Source: an uncultured Tenacibaculum sp.
GTDB taxonomy: Bacteria > Bacteroidota > Bacteroidia > Flavobacteriales > Flavobacteriaceae
Direction: 5' to 3'
Assembly: GCA_947504185.1 (NCBI GenBank)
Contig: CANNGJ010000006.1
Location: forward strand, 22,797-86,796
DNA length: 64,000 bases
The position numbers and the translations under genes are program-made. Within the stretch, counting starts at the first letter, position 1. Each line of letters opens with the position of its first letter. The notes under the pieces were generated by a model. That model had not been told where the DNA came from and did not search any database. It saw nothing but the letters and a program-made list of their open reading frames with translations. Positions 49,242 to 58,778 of the stretch are shown piece by piece.

Positions 49242-50558
49242 CTATTCGTCTTTCCAGTTTAACCTATCCATCTGACTGTATTGCCAAGGCGCTCCGTTAT
49301 TCTCGATATTTGTCATCATCATATTTAACTCTTGTGGAGCTGCAGATTCTTCCATTACTAAATAACGACGCATTTCCATAATAATCGATAACGGATCGAT
49401 ACCAATTGGGCATTCTTGTACACATGCATTACAACTTGTACATGCCCATAATTCTTCTGGAGAAATATAATCGTTTAATAATTGCTTACCATCATCTTTA
49501 AACTCTCCTCCGTTAGCATCAATATTCTTACCTACTTCTTCTAAACGATCACGAGTATCCATCATTATCTTACGAGGCGATAACTCTTTACCTGTTAAGT
49601 TTGCAGGACATGAAGAAGTACAACGTCCACATTCTGTACACGTATATGCATTCATTAATTGAACCCAGTTTAAATCGGTAACATCTGATGCTCCAAACTT
49701 TGCAGGCACTTCATCCTCTGCCCCTTCTTCTGGCATTGCATATGGATCAGCATCTGGATCCATCATCATTTTTACTTCATTGGTTACTGCTTCTAAGTTG
49801 TCCAACTGCCCCTTTGGATCTAACTTCGCAAAGAAAGTATTTGGGAAAGCTAATAAAATATGTAAGTGCTTAGAATAATATAAGTAATTTAAGAAAATTA
49901 AGATTCCTACAATATGCAACCACCAAGCAGTTTTTTCGATTGTATGTAACTCTTCATGAGAAAATCCATTAAACCAAGGAGCTATAAATTGTGAAACTAC
50001 ATTTCCTGCACCAGCTTCTTGAAAATTAACATCGGTAGCATTCATTATTAAAAATAATGACATTAATACCATTTCAAAATACAAAATGATGTTTCCATCA
50101 TTCTTTGGCCAACCTGTCATTTCTTTACTCCAAAAACGTTTAACTCGTTGGATGTTTCTACGCAACCAAAAAATTACTACTGCTACGAAAACTAAAGCTG
50201 CTAACACTTCGAAATTACCTATTAAGAAACCGTAAATGGCATCTCCTAAAATTGGTTGAAAAACACGATGTGTACCAAATAATCCATCAATAACGATCTC
50301 TAACATTTCGATATTGATTAAAATAAATCCTACATAAACTACTACATGTAGAATTCCTGAAACTGGTCTACGCACCATTTTGTACTGACCTAAAGCAATT
50401 TTAGCCATGTTTTTCCAACGCTCAGGTTTCCTATCAGTTCTATCAATATCTTTTCCTAGCTTAATATTTCTAATAAGCTTACGAACATTCATTACAAAAT
50501 ATCCAATTCCTGCAATTAAAATAAGTGCAAAAAAGATGTTTGGTACGTATTTCTCCAT
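49242..50558 (-). CDS. membrane protein with C-terminal 2x[4Fe-4S] ferredoxin domain
   Basis: Five to six TM helices followed by CTECGRCTSSCP and CTSCNACVQECP. Confidence 0.8.
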   Translation of the reverse strand: MEKYVPNIFFALILIAGIGYFVMNVRKLIRNIKLGKDIDRTDRKPERWKNMAKIALGQYKMVRRPVSGILHVVVYVGFILINIEMLEIVIDGLFGTHRVFQPILGDAIYGFLIGNFEVLAALVFVAVVIFWLRRNIQRVKRFWSKEMTGWPKNDGNIILYFEMVLMSLFLIMNATDVNFQEAGAGNVVSQFIAPWFNGFSHEELHTIEKTAWWLHIVGILIFLNYLYYSKHLHILLAFPNTFFAKLDPKGQLDNLEAVTNEVKMMMDPDADPYAMPEEGAEDEVPAKFGASDVTDLNWVQLMNAYTCTECGRCTSSCPANLTGKELSPRKIMMDTRDRLEEVGKNIDANGGEFKDDGKQLLNDYISPEELWACTSCNACVQECPIGIDPLSIIMEMRRYLVMEESAAPQELNMMMTNIENNGAPWQYSQMDRLNWKDE

Positions 50559-50600
50559 CGTTCTTTAATTATTAAATTTTGTTAGTTGATTAGCGTAAGT

Positions 50601-51566
50601 CTATTTATTACTTACGTTTTTGGTATTATTATCTTCATTAAAAGGTTTTGCTTTTTTACCAAATAATGAAAAATGTACAAATCGTTTTGGGTTTAATTTC
50701 ATTTCGCGAAGTAACTCCTCCATCTCTTTAGATGCGTTTGTTAAATTCGTATACATCTTGTCGTCTGTCATTAACTTACCTAAAGTACCTTTACCAGCTT
50801 TCATATTTGCTAACAAACCATTTACATTAGCTAAAGTTGATTCAAGCTTCTTAACTGTTTCACCTAAATTAGCTTTTACTAAATCTTCTGAAACTTTCGA
50901 AAAATTATCAGTGATTTTCTTTGTGTTTTTTAAAGTTGAATCTAAATTTGTTTTATTGTCAACTAATAAAGAGTTTACAGAAGATAAGGTTTTACGGACA
51001 CCGTTAACCGTTCCTTCTAAACCTACAATACTTCTATTTAAGCTTTTACGAGATTTTTCGTCTAAAATTTGATTTAATCCTATTAATAAAGAATCTGCAC
51101 CTACCAACACATTTTCAAGTTTCGCCTGAATAGGATTTAGTTTCTCACCTACAGAAGAAAAAATATCCGATTCTACCTCTCCTTTTAAGAAATCTCCTGA
51201 AACAGCAGTTTCCCCATCATATTTTGGTACAATCGCCAAATTTTGTCCTCCCATTAAACTTGCAGAATAAATTTTAGCAATACTGTTTTTTGAAAAATTA
51301 AAATCAGTAGCTAAAGAAATCTTTACAATTAAATTTCCTTTTTTTTCTGCAGAGTTGTTAAAAACTATTTGATCTACTTTCCCAACCTTTAATCCATTAA
51401 TAGTTACCTGACTAGCTTCGTTAAGTCCATTAATATTGTTGTATTCTACAAAAAAATGTCGGCTGTTTGCGCTAAATAAGTCTTGTCCTTTTAAGAAATT
51501 ATATCCCCATATAAATAAAGCTATAATTACTACAGCGACAATTCCCGTTTTAAGTTCTTTAGACAT
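50601..51566 (-). CDS. MlaD/MCE-domain protein
   Basis: N-terminal TM helix, an MCE core (VTINGLKVGKVDQI), and a long helical C-terminus. Confidence 0.8.
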   Translation of the reverse strand: MSKELKTGIVAVVIIALFIWGYNFLKGQDLFSANSRHFFVEYNNINGLNEASQVTINGLKVGKVDQIVFNNSAEKKGNLIVKISLATDFNFSKNSIAKIYSASLMGGQNLAIVPKYDGETAVSGDFLKGEVESDIFSSVGEKLNPIQAKLENVLVGADSLLIGLNQILDEKSRKSLNRSIVGLEGTVNGVRKTLSSVNSLLVDNKTNLDSTLKNTKKITDNFSKVSEDLVKANLGETVKKLESTLANVNGLLANMKAGKGTLGKLMTDDKMYTNLTNASKEMEELLREMKLNPKRFVHFSLFGKKAKPFNEDNNTKNVSNK

Positions 51567-51631
51567 AAATATAATTTATACCAGCGAAAATACTAATAAT
51601 TTTGAGAGTATAAATATAGAATTTCTCTAAA

Positions 51632-52858
51632 TTAACGGTTTTTCAAGGCTTCTTTTATCGTAATTCGTTGCCCATTTTTAAAAGCAACTACCCAAGCATC
51701 TTTATAACCTGTTTTTCTAACCTTAGATAGAATTTTCTTAATTTCAAGAAAATCAGAGGTATTACCATAGTAATACTTATAGTAATCATCTATAAACATT
51801 GACTCTACATTTTGTAAACCTTTAAAATTAAAATTGGTTTCATCTAAATATTTTTTTGATGCAGCTATCTGTATTTTAAATTCAACTATTGAATTCGCAT
51901 TCTTTTTAACCTTTGGTGATTTCTTTACTGGAGCCTTAACTACAACCTTTTTAGGAGTTTTCTTTACTGTTTTTTTAGTAGTAACCTTTTTAGGCTGTAC
52001 TTTTTTCACAATTGGATTCGTAGTTTTTTTCTTTTCAGTCACAACAACTGTGTTATTTACAGCATTTAATTTTATTCCTCGTATGTAATTTTTAATTGCC
52101 TGTGCTATTGCTTTAGCCATTTTTATTTGACCAGACCTTGAATTTAAAAACCGTCCTTCTGTTTTATTTGATAAAAACCCTAACTCAATCAAAACACTAG
52201 GCATTACAGTTTCTCTTAACACCAAAAAATTAGCTTGCTTTACCTTACGATTATAGCGTTTTAAATTTTTAAAATTTTTCTGAACCAATCCTCCAAAACC
52301 TAAGCTTAAATCTAAATTTTCTTCTTGAAGAACTGACAAACCAATTAATGACTCAGGAGAATTAGGATCATAATCATAGTTCTGCTTATAATTATCTTCT
52401 AATAAAATAACAGCATTTTCTTTTCGTGAAATCTCTAAGTTTGTTTTATTTCCACTCAAGCCCAACACATATGTCTCAGCTCCATGAGGTTTCTCTGAAT
52501 TATTCGCGTTACAATGCACAGAAACAAACAAATCGGCTTTCTTTGAGTTTGCTATTTTTGCCCTGTTATGTAGTTCTATAAAGTTATCTGTCTTTCGAGT
52601 GTAAACTACTTTTATATCTTTTGATGTTAATAATTCCTTACCAATATCCAACACTACTCTTAACGCTATTGCTTTCTCTTTATAACTTCCTCTAGATGCA
52701 CCGTGATCTTTTCCTCCATGACCAGCATCCAAAACTACTGTGTATTTTTTTTGTGCTGATACCTGAGTAGGAAAGCTAAAAAAAACACAGAATGTTATTA
52801 AAAAAATAAAAGATATTTTCGAGAGATTATATTTAAGGAATTTTAAGAATTGCATCAA
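51632..52858 (-). CDS. N-acetylmuramoyl-L-alanine amidase (Amidase_3) with Lys-rich linker and SPOR domain
   Basis: VVLDAGHGGKDHGA, FVSVHCNA and ELGFLSN motifs. The linker is KKVQPKKVTTKKTVKKTPKKVVVKAPVKKSPKVKK. C-terminal SPOR domain (FKIQIAASKK...GYKDAWVVAF). Confidence 0.85.
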   Translation of the reverse strand: MMQFLKFLKYNLSKISFIFLITFCVFFSFPTQVSAQKKYTVVLDAGHGGKDHGASRGSYKEKAIALRVVLDIGKELLTSKDIKVVYTRKTDNFIELHNRAKIANSKKADLFVSVHCNANNSEKPHGAETYVLGLSGNKTNLEISRKENAVILLEDNYKQNYDYDPNSPESLIGLSVLQEENLDLSLGFGGLVQKNFKNLKRYNRKVKQANFLVLRETVMPSVLIELGFLSNKTEGRFLNSRSGQIKMAKAIAQAIKNYIRGIKLNAVNNTVVVTEKKKTTNPIVKKVQPKKVTTKKTVKKTPKKVVVKAPVKKSPKVKKNANSIVEFKIQIAASKKYLDETNFNFKGLQNVESMFIDDYYKYYYGNTSDFLEIKKILSKVRKTGYKDAWVVAFKNGQRITIKEALKNR

Positions 52859-52948
52859 TAAAATTTAACTATTTTTGATTTTTAATTTAAGGCATTCAAA
52901 TAGCACGCCAAAGTTTTTAAATATAACACAAAAATAGTATTTATAACA

Positions 52949-55651
52949 TTGCGAACAAATCTAACTTACATACTTTTAGCATTCTATCTTTTTTGTTTTC
53001 AAATAAGTACTGCTCAAGAATTTGGCAAGACTAGTGTACCACCTCAAAAAACTGCTAAGAAGCCTGTTTTAAATATTGAAAATGATTCTTTAATTGATTT
53101 AAAAAAAGATGATTTATTAAATTTAAAGAAGGACACTATAGTTAATGATTCTATTAAACCTAAAGAAGTTATTGACGGAATCATTACGCACGATGCTAAA
53201 GATTATACTATTCAAAATGCAAAAGACAAAACAGTTACTTTATACAATAAAGCACAAGTAACTTATACTGATATTGATTTAAAAGCTGGAATCATTATTC
53301 TTGATTATAAAAACAATACAGTATATGCTAAAGGGATTAAGGATAGTTTAGGTTATCATCAACGACCAGTTTTTAAACAAGGGAATCAGGAATCTGAACA
53401 AGACTCTATTTTATTCAACTTTAAAACTAAAAAGGCTTTAGTTTATGGTGTAAAAACTGTGCAAGGAGGAATCATAACTTATGGTGAAAAAACAAAACGA
53501 GTAAACGACTCTACTATTTATATGCGTCGTTTGCGCTTTACAACTTCTAAAAAGAAAATACCAGATTATTATATTCAAACAAACAAAGCAAAATTAGTAC
53601 CTGGTAAAAAAATTATTGTCGGAGGAAGTAATTTGGTTTTGGCCGATGTACCTACTCCTGTTTATTTACCATTTGCTTTTTTCCCTTTAACAGATAAAAG
53701 AACTTCTGGTTTTATTATTCCATCATGGGGAGAAAGTAATAGTCAAGGTTTCTTTATGCAAAACGGTGGGTATTATTTTGCCTTAAGTGATTATTTTGAT
53801 TTAACCGTTTTAGGGGATTTATACACCAATGGTAGTTGGGGATTAAGAGGAGATTCAAACTATTATGTTCGTTATAAATTCAGCGGTAACTTTAGCCTTC
53901 GATTTGAAAATATTATTCAAGGTATTCGAGGTTTAAGTGATTATAGTAAATCTTCGAATTTTAATATTCGTTGGAGTCATAGTCAAGATACTAAATCTAG
54001 CCCAAACTCTCGTTTTTCTGCCTCTGTTAATTTAGGAAGTAGCACCTATTATCGCCAGTCTCTTAATGAATTTAATAGCTCCCAATTTTTAACAAACACC
54101 TTAAGTTCTTCTATTTCATATTATAAAAATTTTGTGGGTACTCCGTTTAACATGAATGTTACAGCGACGCACTCACAAAACACGAATACTGAGCAAATAA
54201 CTATGACACTTCCTTCATTGCAATTAAACATGGATCGTATTTATCCGTTTGCAAAAGATGGTATTAAGAAAAATCCGATTCAAAAAATGGGATTAACTTA
54301 TAGTATGCAAGGTGAATATAGAATTAATACTACTGATGACGAATTCTTTACTAGCAAAATGTTTAAAACAGCGAAGAAAGGAATTCAACATAATTTAAGT
54401 ACCAATACAAATATAAAAGCATTTAAATATTTTACACTATCACCAAGTGTTAGTTATAAAGATGTATGGTATTTTGATAAAATAAACAAACATTATGATC
54501 CTACAGCTACAAATTCTAATGGTAATTTAGGGGCTGTTATTAACGATACTATAAGTGGATTTAATCGTTTTAATGAATATAACTTCGGAGTATCTTTATC
54601 AACAAATATTTACGGAACCTTTAATTTTAAAAAAGGAAGATTAAAAGCTATTCGACATACTTTTAGGCCTTCTATTTCGTATGGATATAGACCTAATTTT
54701 GCTCAAAACCATGATTTACAAGTTCAGCAAAGTAGTGACCCAAATGATTTACTAACGTATTCTCCTTTCGAAGGGGGTATATATGGTACACCTGGAAGCG
54801 GTTTATCTAACTCTATAGGAATTTCTTTAAATAATGTTTTAGAAGCCAAAGTTGCTCCAAAAGATCCTGATAGCGATGAAGAAGACAAGAAAGTAACTAT
54901 TCTTAATAATTTAAACTTCAGCTCCAGTTATAATATTGCTGCAGATAGTTTACGCTGGAGTCCTGTAAGTGCTAATGCAGGAACTCGTCTTTTTAAAGAT
55001 AAGCTAGCTCTTAACGTTAACGCAACATTAGACCCTTATCAAGTAAATGATAAAGGACAAAGAATTAATGAATTTAACTCCAATGTTTTTAGACTAACAA
55101 ACCTTGGAGTTACAGCGAACTATTCTCTTTCAAGTAAAGATTTTCAAAAGAAAAAAGAAGGGGAAGATGACTCTTCTAAAGATAATGGTAACGGTGCACA
55201 AGATACTCCAGATGTATTTGGACAAAACACACCTCCTACAAATGGTTTTGCTAGTAACCCTAACAACAGGCAAAACAAAGAAGATGAAACTAAAGAAACC
55301 GAGCTTTACAAGTTAAAAATTCCATGGACATTAAACTTAGCCTATGCCATGAATTATACCAATAACGGACTTACAAGTAGTATTGGTAGTAATACATTAA
55401 TGTTTAGTGGTGATGTAGAGTTATCTCCTAAATGGAAAGTAGGTTTCTCGTCTGGTTATGATATAAAGGATAATGCCTTTACCTATACTCGATTAAATTT
55501 TGCTAGAGACCTAGATAGTTGGCGCTTTAATTTTAGTTGGACTCCTTTCGGAACCAACTCTTCTTATTCATTTTTTATAGGAGTTAAATCTGCTGTGTTA
55601 AGTGATTTAAAATGGGATAAAAATAAGCCGCCAGATAGGGTGTTATTCTAA
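52949..55651 (+). CDS. LptD-like (OstA-family) outer-membrane LPS-assembly protein, Bacteroidota type
   Basis: 900 aa with a TTG start and signal peptide. OstA-like N-terminal beta-jellyroll, then a long beta-barrel-like region rich in alternating aromatic residues. Confidence 0.7.
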   Translation: MRTNLTYILLAFYLFCFQISTAQEFGKTSVPPQKTAKKPVLNIENDSLIDLKKDDLLNLKKDTIVNDSIKPKEVIDGIITHDAKDYTIQNAKDKTVTLYNKAQVTYTDIDLKAGIIILDYKNNTVYAKGIKDSLGYHQRPVFKQGNQESEQDSILFNFKTKKALVYGVKTVQGGIITYGEKTKRVNDSTIYMRRLRFTTSKKKIPDYYIQTNKAKLVPGKKIIVGGSNLVLADVPTPVYLPFAFFPLTDKRTSGFIIPSWGESNSQGFFMQNGGYYFALSDYFDLTVLGDLYTNGSWGLRGDSNYYVRYKFSGNFSLRFENIIQGIRGLSDYSKSSNFNIRWSHSQDTKSSPNSRFSASVNLGSSTYYRQSLNEFNSSQFLTNTLSSSISYYKNFVGTPFNMNVTATHSQNTNTEQITMTLPSLQLNMDRIYPFAKDGIKKNPIQKMGLTYSMQGEYRINTTDDEFFTSKMFKTAKKGIQHNLSTNTNIKAFKYFTLSPSVSYKDVWYFDKINKHYDPTATNSNGNLGAVINDTISGFNRFNEYNFGVSLSTNIYGTFNFKKGRLKAIRHTFRPSISYGYRPNFAQNHDLQVQQSSDPNDLLTYSPFEGGIYGTPGSGLSNSIGISLNNVLEAKVAPKDPDSDEEDKKVTILNNLNFSSSYNIAADSLRWSPVSANAGTRLFKDKLALNVNATLDPYQVNDKGQRINEFNSNVFRLTNLGVTANYSLSSKDFQKKKEGEDDSSKDNGNGAQDTPDVFGQNTPPTNGFASNPNNRQNKEDETKETELYKLKIPWTLNLAYAMNYTNNGLTSSIGSNTLMFSGDVELSPKWKVGFSSGYDIKDNAFTYTRLNFARDLDSWRFNFSWTPFGTNSSYSFFIGVKSAVLSDLKWDKNKPPDRVLF

Positions 55652-55672
55652 ATCAAAAAACATATAACTATA

Positions 55673-56053
55673 ATGAAAAAAATAATAACTACTGATAAAG
55701 CTCCTGCGCCTATTGGCCCATATAACCAAGCAGTATTAAGCGGTAATACACTTTATACTTCTGGTCAAATTGCTATAAATCCTGAAACTGGAGAATTAGT
55801 TATGGATTCTATAGAGTTAGAAACCAAACAAGTTATGGAAAACATGAAAGAGGTATTAACTGCTGCTGAAATGACTTTTAAAAATGTAGTTAAAACTTCT
55901 ATTTTTATTTCAGACATGCATAATTTCAATCAGATCAATACTGTCTATGCTACATATTTTGATGAAGCTACAGCACCAGCAAGAGAAACTGTTGAAGTTG
56001 CCAACCTACCAAAGTTTGTAAACGTAGAAATTAGTATGATTGCTATTAAGTAG
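55673..56053 (+). CDS. ridA: RidA-family reactive-intermediate deaminase
   Basis: APAPIGPYNQAV...LYTSGQI...ARETVEVANLP is the YjgF/RidA signature. Confidence 0.9.
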   Translation: MKKIITTDKAPAPIGPYNQAVLSGNTLYTSGQIAINPETGELVMDSIELETKQVMENMKEVLTAAEMTFKNVVKTSIFISDMHNFNQINTVYATYFDEATAPARETVEVANLPKFVNVEISMIAIK

Positions 56054-56180
56054 TTTTTAAATTTAGCTTGATTCTAAAAGTTAAAAAAATTAACTTCGCT
56101 AACGGTGGCTATAAGTCATTACATTAAAACGACGTCATAGCCGAAAATCCATTAGCGAAATTTTTAAAAAATACTAAAAG

Positions 56181-56212
56181 AAAACCGAAGCTAATTAATT
56201 AGCTTCGGTTTT
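56181..56212. terminator. bidirectional terminator (perfect 32-nt palindrome) between ridA and mgsA
   Basis: AAAACCGAAGCTAATT|AATTAGCTTCGGTTTT with A/T runs on both sides. Confidence 0.8.
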
Positions 56213-56215
56213 CTT

Positions 56216-56578
56216 TTATATCGCTTTCATTAACAACTCTGCTGTAGCTGGATTTGTTGCTAGTGGTACATCATGTACATCACACAAACGCAGTAACATA
56301 GAAATATCCGGTTCATGTGGATGCTTTTCATGCGGGTCTCTAAAAAATAATACCATATTACATTTTCCTTCCGCTACTCTACTTGCTATTTGTGCATCTC
56401 CTCCATAAGGTCCAGATAAAAATTTTGTGACTTTAAAACCTGCTTTTTCAGCTTTTGCCCCGGTAGTACCTGTAGATATTAATTCTATTTCTTTTTGATG
56501 TAAAATTGCCTTATGCTCATTTAAAAACTGAACCATTTCTGCTTTTTTACCATCATGTGCAATAATTGCTATTTCCAT
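56216..56578 (-). CDS. mgsA: methylglyoxal synthase
   Basis: IAIIAHDGKK...STGTTG...SGPYGGDAQIA...FFRDP. Start set at MEIAII, because the longer track ORF would run through the gap terminator. Confidence 0.9.
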   Translation of the reverse strand: MEIAIIAHDGKKAEMVQFLNEHKAILHQKEIELISTGTTGAKAEKAGFKVTKFLSGPYGGDAQIASRVAEGKCNMVLFFRDPHEKHPHEPDISMLLRLCDVHDVPLATNPATAELLMKAI

Positions 56579-56590
56579 ATATTTTTCTTC

Positions 56591-56620
56591 TAATAAAAAT
56601 TCCCGCATAAAAGCGGGAAT
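56591..56620 (-). terminator. intrinsic terminator after gap
   Basis: On the minus strand: ATTCCCGC-TTTTAT-GCGGGAAT followed by TTTTATT. Confidence 0.7.
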
Positions 56621-56645
56621 ACAATTTACAAAATATTTTGTGCTT

Positions 56646-57638
56646 TTATAAAGATGCTGAATATTCTAATAAATCAACAATCTTAGTTGCATAACCATAC
56701 TCGTTATCGTACCAAGAAATTACTTTAAAAAAGTTTTCATTCAGTTCTAAAGAAGCACCAGCATCTACTACAGAAGTTCTCGTTTCTGAAACAAAATCCT
56801 GAGATACTACTTCATCATAAGTAACATCTAAAATTCCTTTTAAATCACCTTTTGACGCCTCTTCTAATGCGTTTAAAATTTCTTTTAACGAAGTTGAATT
56901 TTTAGTTTTAAAAGTTAAATCTACTAAAGACACGTCCATTGTTGGTACACGAACTGCCATACCAGTTAACTTCCCTTCCAATTCAGGAATCACTTTCGTA
57001 ACAGCCTTTGCTGCTCCTGTAGAAGTTGGTATAATGTTATGTAATGCTGAACGCCCTCGGGTACGTTTAGAATTTGGTCCGTCAACTAAATTTTGTGTTG
57101 AAGTTGCTGCGTGAACCGTAGTCATTAAACCTTCTTCTAAACCAAAGTTTTCGTTAAGCACTTTTGCTAATGGGGCTAAACAATTTGTAGTACATGATGC
57201 ATTAGAAACAATAGTTTCATCAGCTGTCATTTCTTTATGGTTCACACCCATCACATACATCTTAGCATCTTTTGATGGTGCTGAAATAATTACCTTCTTA
57301 GCTCCTCCTTTAATATGTAATTCTGCTTTTTCTTTTGTCGTGAAAAAACCTGTTGATTCAATTACATATTCTGCTCCTACTTCATTCCATTTTAAATTCT
57401 CAGGATTTCTATCTGCTGTAATTCTAACTACTTGTCCGTTTACAACTAAGTTTCCATCCTTCACCTCAACATCACCATCAAAACGACCATGAACAGAATC
57501 ATACTTTAATAAATAGGCTAAATAATCTACATCTAATAAATCATTAATGGCAACTACTTGCACATTATCTCTTTTCATTGCTGAACGGAATGCTAATCTA
57601 CCTATCCTTCCAAATCCGTTAATTCCTATTTTTATCAT
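56646..57638 (-). CDS. gap: type I glyceraldehyde-3-phosphate dehydrogenase
   Basis: INGFGRIGR and the active site [12 protein letters not shown]. Confidence 0.95.
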   Translation of the reverse strand: MIKIGINGFGRIGRLAFRSAMKRDNVQVVAINDLLDVDYLAYLLKYDSVHGRFDGDVEVKDGNLVVNGQVVRITADRNPENLKWNEVGAEYVIESTGFFTTKEKAELHIKGGAKKVIISAPSKDAKMYVMGVNHKEMTADETIVSNASCTTNCLAPLAKVLNENFGLEEGLMTTVHAATSTQNLVDGPNSKRTRGRSALHNIIPTSTGAAKAVTKVIPELEGKLTGMAVRVPTMDVSLVDLTFKTKNSTSLKEILNALEEASKGDLKGILDVTYDEVVSQDFVSETRTSVVDAGASLELNENFFKVISWYDNEYGYATKIVDLLEYSASL

Positions 57639-57667
57639 TTACTTAATTTTAATATTCTTATTTTACT

Positions 57668-58651
57668 TTATGTCGTCATAATATCAGATACTCTTAACAA
57701 CTCAGTATCTATACTATCTTGACCTTTAATTGCTTTTTCTAAATCGGTAGCAACCACCTTATTATTTTGCAAACCTACCATTAAATTGGTTTGACCATCT
57801 AACAATAGTTCTACAGCTTTTACTCCTAATCTACTTGCCAATACTCTATCAAAACAAGTTGGTGAACCTCCTCTTTGCATATGCCCTAATACAGAAACTC
57901 TTACTTCATATTCTTTCAGATTTTTCTCTACATAATCAGCCAATTCAAAAACGTTCTTACCTGTTTTATCACCTTCTGAAACTACAACTATACTAGAAGA
58001 CTTTCCTGTTCTTCTACTCTTTTTTAAAGACTCAAGCATTCGTTCTAGACCTAAATCTTCTTCAGGAATTAAAATTTCTTCTGCACCAGCCCCTACTCCA
58101 GCATTTAACGCAATAAAACCTGCATCACGCCCCATAACTTCAACAAAAAACAATCTATTATGCGAAGATGCGGTATCTCTAATTTTATCAATAGCTTCTA
58201 CAGCGGTATTTAAAGCAGTATCATAACCTAAAGTATGTGTAGTTCCAGAAATATCATTATCAATAGTTCCAGGTATACCAATTATAGGAAAGCTGAATTC
58301 TTGATTAAACACTACTCCTCCTGTAAAAGAACCATCACCACCAATTACTACTAAAGCATCTACATTGTTTTCTTTTAAATGTTGATATGCTTTTTTTCTA
58401 CCTTCTTTAGTTCTAAAATCTTTAGATCTTGCTGATTTTAAGATTGTACCTCCTTTATGAATAATATTATTCACACTACGAGCGGTTAAAGGAACTAAAT
58501 CTCCTTCTATCAACCCTTGATAACCTCTATATATTCCCATACACTCAGTACGATAATATGCACAGGTTCTAACTACCGATCTAATTGCTGCATTCATTCC
58601 TGGAGAATCTCCTCCAGATGTCATTACTGCTATTTTCTTTATTTTTCCCAT
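57668..58651 (-). CDS. pfkA: ATP-dependent 6-phosphofructokinase
   Basis: KKIAVMTSGGDSPGMNA, GGDGS, PGTIDND and MGR motifs. Start taken at MGKIKK; the ORF opens 24 nt earlier, at 58675. Confidence 0.95.
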   Translation of the reverse strand: MGKIKKIAVMTSGGDSPGMNAAIRSVVRTCAYYRTECMGIYRGYQGLIEGDLVPLTARSVNNIIHKGGTILKSARSKDFRTKEGRKKAYQHLKENNVDALVVIGGDGSFTGGVVFNQEFSFPIIGIPGTIDNDISGTTHTLGYDTALNTAVEAIDKIRDTASSHNRLFFVEVMGRDAGFIALNAGVGAGAEEILIPEEDLGLERMLESLKKSRRTGKSSSIVVVSEGDKTGKNVFELADYVEKNLKEYEVRVSVLGHMQRGGSPTCFDRVLASRLGVKAVELLLDGQTNLMVGLQNNKVVATDLEKAIKGQDSIDTELLRVSDIMTT

Positions 58652-58778
58652 AAAACGAACATCAAATTTACTCATTTTAAGTTGTTTTTCAATAAAAAAG
58701 ATAAAATCATTTCTTGTTTTAATTCAAATTTAACTTTTCATAATATTTGACTACTTTTAGCCAATCAAACTAAAAAAC

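Noticed and set aside
50620-51072. 150-aa ORF on the plus strand
   Set aside because: Antisense shadow of the MlaD/MCE gene. It has no start context and no recognisable domain.
51880-52060. DNA-level quasi-repeats (AAAAAG/ACC-rich)
   Set aside because: They encode the Lys/Pro/Val/Thr-rich disordered linker between the Amidase_3 and SPOR domains, so this is a coding low-complexity region, not a repeat element.
27857-56159. The octamer TTCGCTAA occurs both in the aceB operator-like repeats and in the arms of the 56.1-kb structured element
   Set aside because: An 8-mer match in 128 kb of two-strand AT-rich sequence is expected by chance. There is no extended similarity around it.
56579-56608. 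N-terminal extension of mgsA (MREFLLEEKY)
   Set aside because: These codons run into the gap terminator region: the hairpin is 56599-56620 and its U-tract 56591-56598. MEIAIIAHDGKK is the canonical MgsA start.
58652-58675. N-terminal extension of pfkA (MSKFDVRF)
   Set aside because: PfkA proteins normally begin a few residues before the (I/V)xxLTSGGDxPGMN motif. The internal MGKIKKIAV start fits, and the call is not critical.
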